Assembly: GCA_050613775.1 (NCBI GenBank) | Contig: JBODTK010000117.1 | Coordinates: 248,001-312,000 of the forward strand | Direction: 5' to 3' | Origin: Neocallimastix sp. 'constans' | Taxonomy: Eukaryota | Length of the DNA: 64,000 nucleotides | In this document: piece by piece, positions 31,797 through 46,525 of the stretch | Layout: every line of letters begins with the position of its first letter | How positions within the stretch are numbered: position 1 is the first letter of the stretch | Position numbers and translations under genes: made by a program | Notes under the pieces: model-generated | Told to the model about the DNA's origin: nothing | What the model saw: the letters and a program-made list of their open reading frames with translations, nothing else | Databases searched by the model: none

Positions 31797-31890
31797 AAAA
31801 AAATACTAATTATTTTAATTAGAGATTATAAAAAATAACTTTAAAAATAATAAAAGTATAATCTCTAATTAAAATAATTAGTATTTTTTT
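31797..31890. repeat. Perfect ~34-bp inverted repeat upstream of the GH9 fusion gene
   Basis: AAAAAAATACTAATTATTTTAATTAGAGATTATA (31797-31830) pairs with TATAATCTCTAATTAAAATAATTAGTATTTTTTT (31857-31890) across a 26-nt spacer. Confidence 0.85.
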
Positions 31891-34208
31891 CAAACTTTTA
31901 AAATCATAATTATTAAACTTTTTAAAATTTTTAAATAAATTCTTAAATAATTTATATGTGATTTTTATTACATTTTAATTAAATATAATAAACATTGTAA
32001 ATTTTAACATTATTGGTTGAATGAATTAATTTTTCCCTTTTTTTTATATTTATTATAATTTTGATTTTTTTTTTTTTTTTTTTTTTAATTTTCAATTAAT
32101 ATTTAATTTATTATTATTATGGTTAATATTGTTGATGATAATTACTGATTTAATAATATTATATAAATAAAATAATTCATTAATTAAAATTATATAAAAT
32201 GAGTAATAATAAATGTTAATCATACATGATGTGTTGGAACTTTTCCTTAATTTTATTTATATTATTATTTTGGTTATGGTATTTAAATTCTAAATCTATA
32301 AATCTATTTTTTTTTTAGACTAGAAAATGATAAGTAAAGGGAATGAAAAAAACAAAAACTCTTAATTCTTCCAAATCATAAATAGTAATATATTTTTATT
32401 TACTGATATCTATACAGACATTTTTTTATATTTTATATATTTTTTAATTATTTAATGCTCATTTTTTGTTATGTAATAAATAATTCATATTAAAATATTA
32501 AGAGCTCTTTTTTTTTTTTTAATATTTCCCCTAAATAATTACTAAAAATATCTAAAATATTAGGACACTACTATTATTTCCTTAATGAAGCTATTATTTA
32601 AATTTTTATTATATATCAATTATGAAATTAATAATTCTAAAATTTATCCAGAATTATTTTTTAGTATTATAAAGTATATAAATAATAAAAATAGTAATAA
32701 TAATAAATAAATGAGTGATTTACATAGATATTATTAATATTTATCCATTTTTAAGTAATTTAATTTAATAAATCATAATTTCAGGAGTTAAATTATAAAC
32801 ACTGTATGATATATTATTAAATTAACTTTATAATATTATAAACATTAAACTTTATTATTTTTTGTCATTTAATTTAAATGTATATTGAATTTTTATTATT
32901 GACAAAATTAAAAAAAAAAGTAATAATTTTAATATTAATAAAACTTTATTATTATTATTATTTTTTTAATTTATTTTAATTAATATTAAATTATGATGAT
33001 TTAATTACTAATATAATAAAAATTAATTTTTAATTTCAATTTAAATTTATAATGTATAAAATTTGATATGATAATTACAAAATATTTATTATAATGATAA
33101 ATATAATAATATATTGAATAAATATTTTAAATAAATTAAATGGGTTAATGATATACTAATAATAATGATGATTAATATAAATTACATGAAAAAGAAAAAA
33201 TATAGTAACATATCAATTATCTTTTTTTTTTTTTTTGTTTATATAAATTAGATAGGAAAAACTTCTTACCTAACTATTAATAATACACTTTAAAAAATAT
33301 ACATATATAATAATTTAAAAATTTAAATTTAATCATAAAAAACTTTAAAATTTAGTTTTTAATTTATTCAAAAAAAAAAAATAAATATTTTTTATTTAAA
33401 GTATTTTACTATATATATCTATATCTATATATATATAAAAAGATGTAAATATATATATAATAAATTATATAATAAAAATTATTACCGTATTAATTATAAA
33501 AATTACCAAATTTATAAAATATATGTATATATTTTAAGAAATTAGAATTTATTGTACATAAATTAACTTTAATAACAAAATAGAATCTAAAGAAGAAATA
33601 TATAAATATATATAAATAAATATATTATCTATATATAAAGGAAGATTTAATAACTTTTATTATATTATATAAAAAAAATAATTAGAAAAAATTAATTTTT
33701 TTTATTTAAGCCATAACCATATTTTTTTTTTAAATTAAATTTATTAATAAATATTATATATTTTACTCATTATAAATATTTAATATTCTAATATTTAATA
33801 TATAATATATTATCCAATTAAAATTATATACAATTATTTACTCATTAATCATATTATATTATAACATAAAGTTATATATATTAAAAATAAATTTTTAATT
33901 TTTAAAATACTAAAAAAATAAAAATAAACGTTTTAAAAAAAAAATATAAAAAATATACAAATGGTCATTTTTGGATAAAAGAGTATAATCTGTTAGAAAT
34001 TAAGTTTAATATTCTACAATTTTAGTGATAATTTAATATTTTAACAATTTATGAAATAAAGTTTTTTAATAATAAAAATATTTTAATTTAATAAATAAAT
34101 GAATAAAAAATGTAATTTAAATAAAATATATTGATATAAAATATTCAAACCTTAATTAATATAAAATAATTTTTATTATTCAAACATAAATTAATCTCAT
34201 AAATCAAA

Positions 34209-34430
34209 TGGAGTATATTTCTAAAAATTCCATTTCGGAAAATTGCATTTCAAAAAAATTTTTAAAGTTAATAAATAAATAAATTAATAATAAAACAATT
34301 ATATAATATATATTTTATAAATAACTAAATAAATAAAAAATAAATAAATAAAACTATAATAAATAAAAAAATTTAGAAATAAATTTAAAAAAAAAATATA
34401 TATATATATAATAAATTATAAATATTTATA
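34209..34430. mobile_element. Truncated MULE left end related to the 8587 element
   Basis: GGAG...CATTTCGGAAAATTGCATTTC is followed by the subterminal TTAATAAATAAATAAATTAATAATAAAA...AACTAAATAAAT...AAACTATAATAAAT, matching 8700-8810. Confidence 0.65.
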
Positions 34431-34526
34431 ATAATACTGGTTCGATCAGGCTCTATAATCATTTTTCCTCATAAGAGGTTTTTATATAATATAGTGATTA
34501 GAGTTTCAAGTAAGTATGTCCCCCTT

Positions 34527-36107
34527 GGGAGAGTTGCATTTCGCCAAGTGACGTATAAATAAATAAATTCTTTATAATATATTTAATTATAAAGATATAT
34601 TTTAATATTTTGTAAAAAATAATATAATAACAATATTTTAATTAAAAAATATATATTTTTAAAATAATAATACTTTATCATTAAAATATATTTTAATGTT
34701 CTTAAACTAACCTAATCCAATAAATATTAAAAATACTTTAATCATTGTATTTATTCATTTATTCTTTTTTTAAAATATTAAAAAATTATTTTTATATATG
34801 AAAGAATTCATTTGGTCAATTTTCTGTCATTTCTTAATAATATATTATATAATCAATAATTTTAATATTTAAATTAATTAAGCATTTCAACCATAATTCA
34901 ATGAAATCATTTCTAACATTTTCCTTTTTTTATAATAAAATTTCCATATTTTTGTAATATTTAACTAAAGCTTTGATTAATTCAGTTCCTATTAATTTTT
35001 TTTTGTTTTTTATTTTTTAAAATTCCAGCAGTTCTTCTTTCGTAATCAATATAATAGTTGGATTCTTCTTTTTACAATTCCGATAATAATTGAAAAAAAA
35101 AAAAGTTTGTTTTTTTGCAAATAATTTTTTTAAGTATTAATTAAAAGTTTCTGAAACATTATTTGTAATATGCTCAATATTATCATAATAATTCCAATTT
35201 TCAGTTTCATAGCTAATTAAATAGGTTTTTTTTTAACATATTCCAAAAATTCTAAAAATTAAACATAATTATGTTCTTGACACTCACTTTTTATTTTACT
35301 ATAAATATCATATATATATTCAAGATTAATAAAAGGAAAGTTCGAAATATTATTATAATAAATATATAAATCTTTTATTTTTTCGACTTTATTACTACAT
35401 AATTCTTTTTTTTTTTTTTTTAATTTCTAATGCTCTTTTAAAATGCCATATACAATATTTAATATTTGCATTAATAAAAACTTTTTCTGCAGCATTAGAT
35501 ATAGCTTTTTTAAAAATCGCAATGAAATATTTTTGGTGTAATTTCAATACTATTATATTTACTAGAATTTTATTTTATTTCTTCAAATAATATTTCATAA
35601 GTTGTTTGTTTTTTATTTTTTAATATAGAAAAGGCAGTAGTGTATAAACAATTTAATTCTGTAACATAGGTTCTAGTTATGAATACTTGATAACTAAATA
35701 TTGATGCAATACAAAATGTGCAATCAGCAAAATTATGTTTATTTTTAGAAAATAATTCTACTTGGAATGGAGATTGAAAAACAATTAAATCATTATTTTT
35801 TGAATATCATAAAATTTTTATCCCTTTTTATTTTATAATATTTTGATTCATTGGGAATTTCATCAAATGTTGTTATATCAGGAGGTAGCTGTTTTCTTCT
35901 ACTTCTTGTTATTTGGGATTTAATTGAATTATATCCAGGACATATAAGACCCATAACCTTGAGAAATTTCATCATATTTATGTTTTATATTTTCATTAAA
36001 AGGGATTGAACTATTTGAAATTTCATCTTTAATTTTATATTATTTTAATACGCCATATGCTTTCAAAAATTTTGGCGAAATGCAATCTGGCGAAATTCCC
36101 CACTCCC
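34527..36107 (-). mobile_element. Degenerate MULE transposon with transposase remnants
   Basis: GGGAG...CTCCC termini carry GCATTTCGCCA / TGGCGAAATGC TIR motifs. The 9-bp TSD GTCCCCCTT is perfect (34518-34526, 36108-36116). Minus-strand fragments FADCTF, HCDF, KYCIWHFKRALE and TNNVSETFN match the MULE D/D/CxxH/E motifs, with frameshifts. Confidence 0.92.
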
Positions 36108-36479
36108 GTCCCCCTTATATATATATTATTATTAGAATAGATACTGAACTAATTGAGAGGGTTGCGTTTTTTCTGTATAATTAAGAGGGAATCATTAGTA
36201 TTTAGTTATATGATTTCATGTGTCCATGTGGATATATTCTACTAAATTGCAATCTTTCTTATATCTATGCATTTGCAAGGGAACTAGTACGAGTATAGGT
36301 TAGGTTATATTGACCTCGCTTCAAAGGTAAATCACGAACTGGAGAAGCACTCGGAGAAATAGTACAAGAAAAATTCTCAGTAATAATATGCATGTCGGAG
36401 CATCATTGCTGAAGCACTCAGTATGGTTGTTATGTAGGGACAATCCTACCTTTATAAAAAGAAAGTGTGACCACCTCAA

Positions 36480-38040
36480 TATTATATCTATCAATAATTT
36501 TATCAATATAATCTATTTGGTTTATTTTAAAGCCATATTAGTTTTATAGATGTTAATATTAATAATTTTATTTGCTGTTGACTTTTTTGGAATTTTATAT
36601 TTACATTTGAGTTTTTCAATAGTTTGGTTGATCTTATTGTCGTAACCTGTAATTAAAATATTGTCAATATTTAAAGTTAATTAGCTTATTAATTCTTTAT
36701 TTTATTTTATTTTCCAAATAGGCACCTATCAGTTTTAATATTGAATAAAACCAATACTCTTAAAAAATTTTGATATTTCATTAAACCACATACTATCAGT
36801 CTGTTTTAATCCGTTTAAAGCTTTTTCAATAACTAAAAATTTATTTTTCTTTTTTGTAATTATTGTCATCCTCTGGAATTTTGGTGTATATTCCATAGTC
36901 CAGTTTTGCGTTTAAATAAGCTACTTTAATATCTATTTGTTTTAAATTCCAATTTGAATTAGCAGCAACGGCCAACGGTTAATCTAAAACTGTCGCTTGT
37001 ATTGTAGGTGAGTAAATTTCCATGAAGTCCTGTCCAAGAATTTGTTGAAATTCTCTTGTTACATGTCGTGTCTTTTTGATATTATTGTCTTTTGTGGTAA
37101 TAACCCATTTTGTATCTATTATATTTGGGTTAGTTGGAATTTTATCCACTATTTCCATTACTTTGATATTATACATATTGTTCAATTCGTCATTGATGGC
37201 AGTTTTCCATTTTTTGACCTCTCTAGTTCTAAGAGCTTGGTTGATGTTATTTGTGTCTTTCGTTACAATACTTAATATTTTATGTTTTTTATTCTTATTT
37301 TTATTTATAATTTTCATTTTTCTCTGATTTGGTGATTATATAATGGAATCACTGTCGTCATTTTCATTATCATTTATAATATTATTATCAATTGATCTTT
37401 TCCTTTTGTTAATATCTATATTATTAATTTTATTGTATTTTTTTCTTAAATTTGTATTAGTATTGTTATCAGTACTATCATGTATAAGAGTATTGTAATT
37501 ATTTAAAATTCCGAAGATTTCATCATTATTATAGATGACATTATTTTCAATTTTCTAATTTTTATAATTATTTTTCGAGTTATTGTTATTATTGTTAACT
37601 AGGTTGTCAGTATTAGTATTATTATTATTATCATTATTATAATTATTAGTAATATTATTATTGCTATTATTGTTAACTATGTTGTCAGTATTAGTATTAT
37701 TATCATTATCATTATCATAATTATTAGTAATATTATTATTATTATTATTATTATTGTTATTATTATTGTTATTATTATTGTAATTATTATTGTTATTATT
37801 ATTGTTATTATTATTGTTATTATTGTTATTAACTTTTGATGTATTATGTAAATTTTTTATTTCATTTGTTAAGCTAATTCTAGTTCCACTATCTACAATA
37901 CAGTGTGTCATTTTATTTACTTTGTAATTATTGATTGAGACACAGTAACATTTCGAGTATAATAAATATGTGATTTATCATCATTTTCTGAATCATTTGA
38001 TGTGTATTTTTTGTTTTCTTCTTCATTAACTTTACCTGTG
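36480..38040 (-). mobile_element. Ty1/Copia retrotransposon remnant (protease, Asn-rich spacer, RT; integrase not seen)
   Basis: Protease motif CIVDSGT at ~37890. RT motifs WKTAINDELNNM...IIDTKWVITTK...FQQILGQDFMEIYSP and QIDIKVAYLNAKLD, with many stops and frameshifts. Confidence 0.85.
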
Positions 38041-40200
38041 TGATAAAAATGAAACTAAAATTAACTAAAAAAAATTAATAACTAAGATACATTAAGATTA
38101 ATATAAAATGAAAAAAGAAAATCTTAAAAAATTAAAAAAAAAAATTATTAGAAAATAATGATATTTTTGTCTCTTTTTTTTATAAAGATATTATTTTTTA
38201 AAAAGACAAACGTCTTCGTATAATTGTAATTGTTAATAAAATTTTTTATATCTTTTGAATGTTTTGATTTTCTATTCGATTAATATAGCTCTGATTAATG
38301 TAATAATTTTCTTAAAAATAATCATATATAAACTAAAATGAAAAGGTTAATAAAATGTTAGTAGTGAAAGACTATAAAAAGATTCCCATCTGTTAAATAA
38401 AGTCTTAAACACAAGCTTTGGAATAAATCAATCTCCTACATTTTTATTTTATAATAGCCACATGAGTTTAAATAATACTATAGAAAAATACATATACAAA
38501 ATAATGCTAAAGTAAAAAATACAATAGATTTATTACAATGACAACAAGTAGAAACTACATTATATTATTTATTATAAAACATCAATGTTATTATATATCC
38601 AGTTTAAAACAATATAAGACATCAAGTTCACTTTCCATAGTCTTCTTATATTCCAAAATTTCTCTCTTCGTGCTAGAAGCCACTTAAAAAGGATAACCAT
38701 CCATTATCATCAGAATTACATAAAACTGTAATTAGTACATCGATAATGTCACAACCTTTAATCAACCTCGAAAAATAAAAAAGAAAAAGAAATTCGTGAT
38801 AAAGAACGTGCTAGTACTTTTCTATCACCTATGGAAATTGTTTGATATAGATTTATCTAATCGCAGAAAAGAAAAAGAAAAAGGAAAAGGAAAAGAGGTT
38901 AGTGATACAGAACTTGCATCTACTTCCACCTCGCCTATTGAAATTGTTGATATTGATGAAACTGATCATATTATTATTGATAAAGATGAAAATAGTATCC
39001 AAATAAATACATTAAATAAACTCGTTAATGAGAAAATAAAAGTAAAATAAACCTCCTGGGAATGAAATTCCGAGAGTTTCAAGAAAAAATCCAAATGATA
39101 GCTGATCATCTACCTCACGACGTTATTAAAGATTTAAATAACTACTAAATGTAATATTACCTTTGGAGAATTATTGTAAGTATCACCAAAAATCAGATCT
39201 CAGGTTGCAAAAGGTTTAAAGTTAGAAAAAGATTCCATTAAGATAGCCGGTGATTATAATTAATAATCTTTATCACACTTATAAAAGTAAAAGCAAAGAA
39301 CCCAAAGAAGATGATATAGCCATGGTTGACGTTACTGTTGAAGGAGTAAAAGGAAAAGCATTGATTGATTCTTTTAGTAATTTAAATATTATTACTAATC
39401 AATTCCTTAGAAAATAACCTTCTGTATATGAACCTGTTGGAATCAGTCGTGGAAGAATCCGATTAGCAACTATGAATGATAATTACTCGGAAAATTTTTT
39501 AATCAATATTCCTATACAAATTAATAATTTCCAAATGATCGCTGCATGTAGAGTTATAGATAAAGGAGATCCTTTCCTTGATATTCTTATTAACTTGAAA
39601 ACTCAAATGAATCATAAATTGTTTATTCACCCTATTCTTTATAGTCTTTTGCCAATTCAGTAATAATGAATTTGTTGATGAAATTGCTCCTATAAACAAT
39701 CATTATGAAAATGAAGAAAAATTAGTCTGTTTTGAAAAAGCTATTTCTAATGAATCTGTTAAGAAAGAACTTAAGAAAATGGAAGGTCTTCCTCCTCAAG
39801 AATATATTAATATTGAAAATTTTATAAATACTCTTAATAAAAAGTATCGAGATCAAATAATTAAATTTTTAGAAGATAATATAGTTATTATTGCTACCTT
39901 TTCCGAAGAATTAACATCTTCGAACTTATCTCCACATAAAATTCACCTTAAACCTGGTGCTAGGCCAATTAAACAAACATTTTATAGAATCTCAAAACTT
40001 AAAACAGATATTCTTAAAGAAGAACTTACAAAATTAATAAATAAAAGACTTATTGAACCATCATATTCGGAATGGTCTTCGCCTGTTGTTCTTGTTCCTA
40101 AACTAAATGGTAAATGGAGAATGTGTGTTGACTATAGAAAAGTCAATGATGCTACAATAAAAGATTCTTATTCTCTCCCAAATATTGACGAATTATCATT
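38041..40200 (+). mobile_element. Ty3/Gypsy retrotransposon remnant (gag end, protease, 5' RT), truncated
   Basis: ITFGELL*VSPKIR precedes the protease VTVEGVKGKALIDSFSNLNII...CRVIDKGDPFLDILINLKTQ. RT start is PHKIHLKPGARPIKQ..YR...WSSPVVLVPKLNGKWRMCVDYRKVN...LPNIDEL. The left boundary (TGATA at 38041) is tentative. Confidence 0.88.
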
Positions 40201-40994
40201 TTGATAAGATTTTATGTCAATCTTTATTTTCTTTCCATTTCTTAACCTTATTATATCTTCTTTTAATCTAAATAAATTCATCTCAATGTATTCAGAAAGT
40301 GCAAAAAAAAAGTTTCTGTTCTATTCCAATGATTTGAAATCTCTTTCATTTTAATTGCTTTTACAATTGAAAATGGCCTATATACCTTATAAAATTTTTT
40401 TGTTTATTTCATTATATAATCTATAACTGTCATACCATTTTTTCATATTTTTAAAATTCACTTCATTTTCAATTTCATTAATTGATTTTTTATTATTTTT
40501 TTTTTTTTTTTTTGATTTTTTTTTTGTGCTTTTTTTGCTTTTGAATATTATATAATTTTTTATTACTATTTATTTTATTACATATTAAAATATTTTTATG
40601 AATTAGTTCTTCAGTTTGGAGAGATTCTTTACAATCTATTATTTCTTCTATATTCCTCATTTAGTTTCCGGTTTTTATATTTTCTTGTATGAGACTTATT
40701 TAATTTTGTCATTTTCAACCAGTAGTTTTTAACATAATGAAATAAATGTTAAAACGAAATGATGCATTTTTGTTTTTTTTCTTTTTTTGTTTCTTTATTA
40801 TAAAATTTCTATTTAATGCGAATCTATTACATGATTCTATTTTCTAAAATATTATTATTATTTTTTTTTATAAAAAATATATCATAATAATTTAATTAAT
40901 TCATATAATCTACATATTATTATTATTATTATGCTATACCTTTTTACTTCTAAATTTCAATATGTTTTATAAATTTATTATTTTTACATTATAT

Positions 40995-41140
40995 TATTAT
41001 TTCATTATTTCTATTATTATTTCATTATTTCTATTATTATTTCATTATTTCTATTATTATTTCATTATTTCTATTATTATTTCATTATTTCTATTATTAT
41101 TTCATTATTTCTATTATTATTTCATTATTTCTATTATAAT
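40995..41140. repeat. 20-bp minisatellite (TTCATTATTTCTATTATTAT) x~7
   Basis: Direct reading. Confidence 0.9.
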
Positions 41141-41425
41141 TTTAAAATTATATTAACAAAAGCTATTTATATTTATTAATATATTATTATTATTAGTAGT
41201 AGTAGTAGTAAAAATATTAAAAGTATAATAATATTATTAATATATACTAATATAATAATAAATTTAAATATATATATATGTATGTTATTTATTTCAATGT
41301 GATAATATTAATTATATCTGCTTCTAAAAAGTATTTCTTTTTACTTTGAAAATTAGACATAATTATATTAAATTTAATGTATGACAAATATATATATATA
41401 TATTTAAGCTTAATTTCTATGTTTT

Positions 41426-41468
<43 letters not shown>

Positions 41469-41651
41469 AATACATATATATAATTTTTTATATTTAATTA
41501 TTTAATTATTTATAATAAAATTTTATATTATTCTTTTGAAAAGTTCGTTTGTTGAATAGTTAATAAATCATTCTATTTTATTAATAGTTTAAGAGAATAA
41601 TTAATAAATTATTCTATTTAATTAATAGTTAGTAGAATCAATATTTTTATT

Positions 41652-44562
41652 TTAATTGGATGCAGGATTCTTTGTACATATTTCCCAATATTGATCATTT
41701 TTAGAATTATCACAGGTATTCATGTTTAATTTTATACCTTTACTTTCTAATAAACCTAAACCCTTTTTACTATTTAATGGTGACATAATACTTTCTTTAT
41801 TAAAAGAAGTCTTGATATCCTTTATAATGACATTATTATTACATTGTCTCATTACAATAGTACCTCGATTATTGTTGATAACAAATAAACAATATCCTTT
41901 GGACAATGATTTAAAGAAACCATCTCCTGAAATAGGAATTTCCGATTTGACTTTCTTTTCATCACTACAATTACCAATGTATGGTCTGTAAGTAAAGAAT
42001 GATCCAGAAATTAAACATTTGTTTAATTTTTTATTATAAATTCATACAGTATGTGTTTTTAATCTTGTAATCTCATAAGGATTTCTATCCCATACTGACC
42101 ATATTTGCTCATCTGATTTATTATATGTTTTTAAATTGATATTACTACTGCTGTTACTAGCACTCATACATTTTCTATCACCAATATCAATAGAATAAAA
42201 TGTTCCATCTTCTGTGTAGTCTAATGCAGTATTAGAATCACAATCACGAATAGTGGTACGAATTTCCCAGTGTTGAAAATCATTATTTTTATTACAGATA
42301 TTTAATTTAAGATCAGTTGTGGTAGGATCCATAAGATTTATTGAATTTAAACATTTATTTTCACCTAATATTGAAATAATACTTTTTCCATTATAGATAG
42401 AACTAATATCTTTTATAACTGCATTTCCATCACATTTTCCCATAACGATATTACTTTCTTCATCACTATTAATATCATTAACATGTAAACACCATCCTTC
42501 CTTGATATTTGTTAAGAAACCATGGCCAGATACAGGAATTTCCCATTGATGACGATTCCAATTTCTACATTCAAAAGCGGTAGGTCTATCGTTTATATTT
42601 AAACCTACTGATAAACATCTGTTTATTATTTTTGTTATAAATCCAAACTATACGAGTTTTACTGTTTGAAGATCCAGAAGGATTTCTGTTCCATAGAGAC
42701 CATTTTTGTTCTTCTGATTGATTACATACCCTATAATAAACTGAATTATTAGTTTTGGCTGATTTTCCATCTCCAACACTCAAACATTTTTTTTCTACCA
42801 AATTTAGGACTAAAAATTACACCATTTTCACTAAAATATTTAAATGAAATACTATTAGTACATTTATTTATTTCAACTCCTGATTGGATCTACAATATTT
42901 AAGCATCGATTGGTGTTTGGAGCAGATTGTATGATACTTTTATAGTAAGAAGAAATATAACATTAAGATAAATTGTTATCATTACAATCTTTCAAAATTG
43001 GTGATTAATTTATTTTATCTGGTACAAATAAACATTTACCAGAAGATTCATTATAAATCCATTTACGTACGGTATTTGTATTCAAAGTAATCATTTCACA
43101 TTTTTCTTGATATTGGTTATAGTTTTCAGATTTTAAATTGTCAATAATATCATAGGATTTATATTTTTTTGGCAATATTACATACAAATTGGTTCATGTT
43201 TAATAAATTATATAAATTTTGACATTTTCCTGATTTAAATGTATTACAATCATATTTATTTTCATTTTTATTTATTTGACATTCTGAATGTTCTTCTATG
43301 ATGTCGTCACAAATATCTATTGATTTTTCTTTTGTATTGTCACAAAATTTAACAAAATCGATATAATTTTGATATGCATTCTTATAGAATATATTAATAT
43401 CGGTTTTATCCTTTATAATATTTTTGCCATAATGATCTTTAAGAAAATAACAATAGGATAATTTTTTTCTCAATTCATCCGTTTTTTCATTATACAGAGT
43501 GGAACACTTGCTTGATTTTATATTAGAACAACGATTGAAATTTGAACCAAAACTGTAAGAATCATTTAAATTTATATTATAGTTAATTAAACAATCTTTG
43601 TATTCTTTCATTTGGGTAATACGTTCACTTTCTAATTTCTTTTCTCTAACATGACACATTTTTAATGAATTATGATATTTTTTTTCATCAAAATTTTCAA
43701 TAAAATTAAAAGACTTATATTTTTTCGCAATGGTACAAATTGATAAATTATTAATCTTTTTACGGAAATAAACTTTACATTGATTTGATTCTAAAATTTT
43801 ACAGTGATCGATAAATTCAGCATCATTCATATCTGAAGAAATTTCAACATAACAATTTTTATTATCGTTATATTCTTTTTCACAATCTTTGATTGCTTGA
43901 TTTTTAGAAGTACAAGAACCAAATTCACTCTGACATCCATTTTCAACAAGGCATTCCTCCCAAGGGTAGTAATTATAAGTAAGGCATACACCATTCTTTG
44001 TACAACATCCTTCTGAACATGAACCAACCCCTTTTCCACATGATTTTTTATTTTCATTTCGATAGATACTAACTTCTTCATTATTTACTAATCGATTTGG
44101 AGTATCAGATGATCCTAAATTATGGATAACATTTTTCATGGAAGAATCAATTACCATTTTAACTAATTTTTCTTTATTAAATTTTATTCCAGGATTTTCT
44201 GACATAATCGTTGCAGCAATACCAGCTACAATTAGAGTTGAAAATGATTTTCCAGATACATTTATTTTACCTTTAGATGTATCTGCACATGAAACAGTAC
44301 CTGGAGCAAAAATATCCACACAACCTCTAAAATTAGAATAGTCACTTCTATAATAACCATTACCATAAACATCATTTTCAATAGCACCAACTGCAATTGC
44401 TTTTCGATAACCGGAATGACCTCTAAAATTTTCACTCTCTTTACTCGCACAACAATTAAAATTATCATTACCTGCTGAAACAAACATACTAAAACCTTTA
44501 CTTATCACATCATCCAATTTATCATTTGTAGCTTGAGAATATTTATAAAAACCTATAGACAT
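41652..44562 (-). pseudogene. Subtilisin (S8) C-terminal half-CBM18 (hevein)-Cys-rich repeats-multiple ricin-like repeats; frameshifted and 5' truncated
   Basis: Motifs VSAGND, AIAVGA, YSNF.GCVDIFAPG and SGKSFSTLIVAG (degenerate GTSMA.P.VAG), then CGKGVGSCSEGCCTKNGVC...GCQSEFGSC (CBM18). WIYN/KCL/Q.W ricin repeats follow, split across ORFs 43005-43187, 42586-42801, 42042-42443 and 41652-41906. Confidence 0.8.
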
Positions 44563-44631
44563 ACATAAAATATTAAAATAAATAATATGAAAATATTATA
44601 TTACAATTATTATTAGTAAAATCCCAAATAA

Positions 44632-45435
44632 GGACGGTGCCATTTCGGAAAATATGGCTTAAAATATTTTTAAGAAATAAATATATAAATAAATAAAATA
44701 AATAAATAAATAAATAATATTAAATAAAAAAAAAATAAATATGTTAAAAATGTTTTATTATTATTCTTTTATATTTTATCTTAATTTCTATCAATTTTTA
44801 GTTTTAATTTATTATTAAAATTTTAATAAAATAAAAAAACTATATAATATTGATATTGATATTAATAATAAAAAAACTATATAATATTGATATTAATTTT
44901 AATAATAAAAATAACTATATAAAATATTAATATTCTATATATATAATTATTTATTATTCAGAATAAATAATATATAATTTTTAATATAACAGTAATATGA
45001 AGATATGAAGTATATATAAAAATATTTTTTTATTGATTAATATTTGAAATAATTATATTTATTGTGAATAAAAAATTAGTGTTAATTATTCAATTTTTTT
45101 TAATTTGAAAAATAAAATATTTATTATTTATTATTTATTAACTATTAATTATTATTTATAATTTATTATTTATGATTTATTATTCAATTATTCAATTATT
45201 CAATTATTTATTATTTATTATTTATTTATTATTTATTATTTATTATTTATTATTTATTATTTAATATTTATTATTTATTATTTATTATTTATTATTTATT
45301 ATTTATTATTTATTATTTATTATTTATTATTTATTATTTATTATTTATTATTTATTATTTATTATTTATTATTTATTATTTATTTTTTATTTATTTAAAA
45401 TTGCGATATACACAATTGTGAAATGATACACATTC
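44632..45435. mobile_element. MULE-family MITE upstream of the subtilisin remnant
   Basis: Left end GGACGGTGCCATTTCGGAAAA and right end GTGAAATGATACACATTC. Flanks CCCAAATAA / CCTAAATAA match at 8 of 9 positions as a TSD. Interior is AT-rich with a TTTATTA repeat. Confidence 0.6.
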
Positions 45436-45735
45436 CCTAAATAAATCTTTATAAATATAAAAAAAAGTTATTTGGTTAATTCACATCAAGCATTAATTTA
45501 TTTATGGCTAAAAATTTATTGGATGAACCAATAAAAATTGAACTTTAATTTTTTTTTTTGGTTTCATTTTAAATTTATATAAATTAAAATTTAGTTACAT
45601 TTCAATATAAAAATTTTTTTATTGATTTAATATTAAGTTACAAAAAAAAAAAAAAGTTTTATTTTTATTTAGGTTACTAGTTATTTTTATTTAGGTTACT
45701 AGTTTTTTTTTTTTTAATAAAGTAATTATAATAAA

Positions 45736-45775
45736 GTTGCATTTCACCAAATATTAATTAATTAATTAATTAATT

Positions 45776-45828
<53 letters not shown>

Positions 45829-45908
45829 TTTTTTATTTATTTATTATTTATTTATTTGTTGTGTAATAATTTACGTATTACGCCATTTTAGTGAAATGTA
45901 TCACATCC
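45736..45908. mobile_element. Miniature MULE-like element remnant
   Basis: GTTGCATTTCACCAAA and TTTAGTGAAATGTATCACATCC form inverted termini around (TTTA)n. Confidence 0.45.
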
Positions 45909-46525
45909 ATAATAAAAAGGATAAAATTATTTAAAAATATTTTTTTATTATTATTTTCATAACATTTTTTAATTAAAATATTATTTACAAAAATTTTAAT
46001 TAAATGTTATGAAAATAATTACAGTCCATGTGAATTAAAACGTGATTAAATAAATGATATACGGGACTTTTATGTGCAATAATTTATAAGCAGTGGGTTT
46101 TAAATAATGGTAGTTTAGTAAATTTTATTAATAAAATTATATTATTCGTACAATTAAAATAATAATTCTAATTCCTAAAAATTTTACAAGAGAGTTCTCT
46201 ATTTCTAATATAAATAATTTAATTTATAAGAAATAGGTAATATATTAAATACATGTTCTAATATATAGAACTATATAAATTTTATATGAATTAAAGTATT
46301 ATAATTATTATAATTATAATAATACATATTGAAATAAAATAAAATAAAATAATTATTATCAAAAAGATATAAATTTAATATTTAATAATTATTATTAAAT
46401 ATACAAATATGTTACTACACATATTTGTTTTATATCAGAAATGCCCTTGCTAAAAATTAAACTATATATTTTTTTTATAAAAGAAAATATAAGGTTTAAT
46501 TAATATAAATAATAATTTTAAAATT

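Noticed and set aside
40200..40780. Further retroelement integrase-tail fragment on the minus strand
   Set aside because: Only a vague resemblance (KVYRPFSI to a GPY/F motif); too degraded to call.
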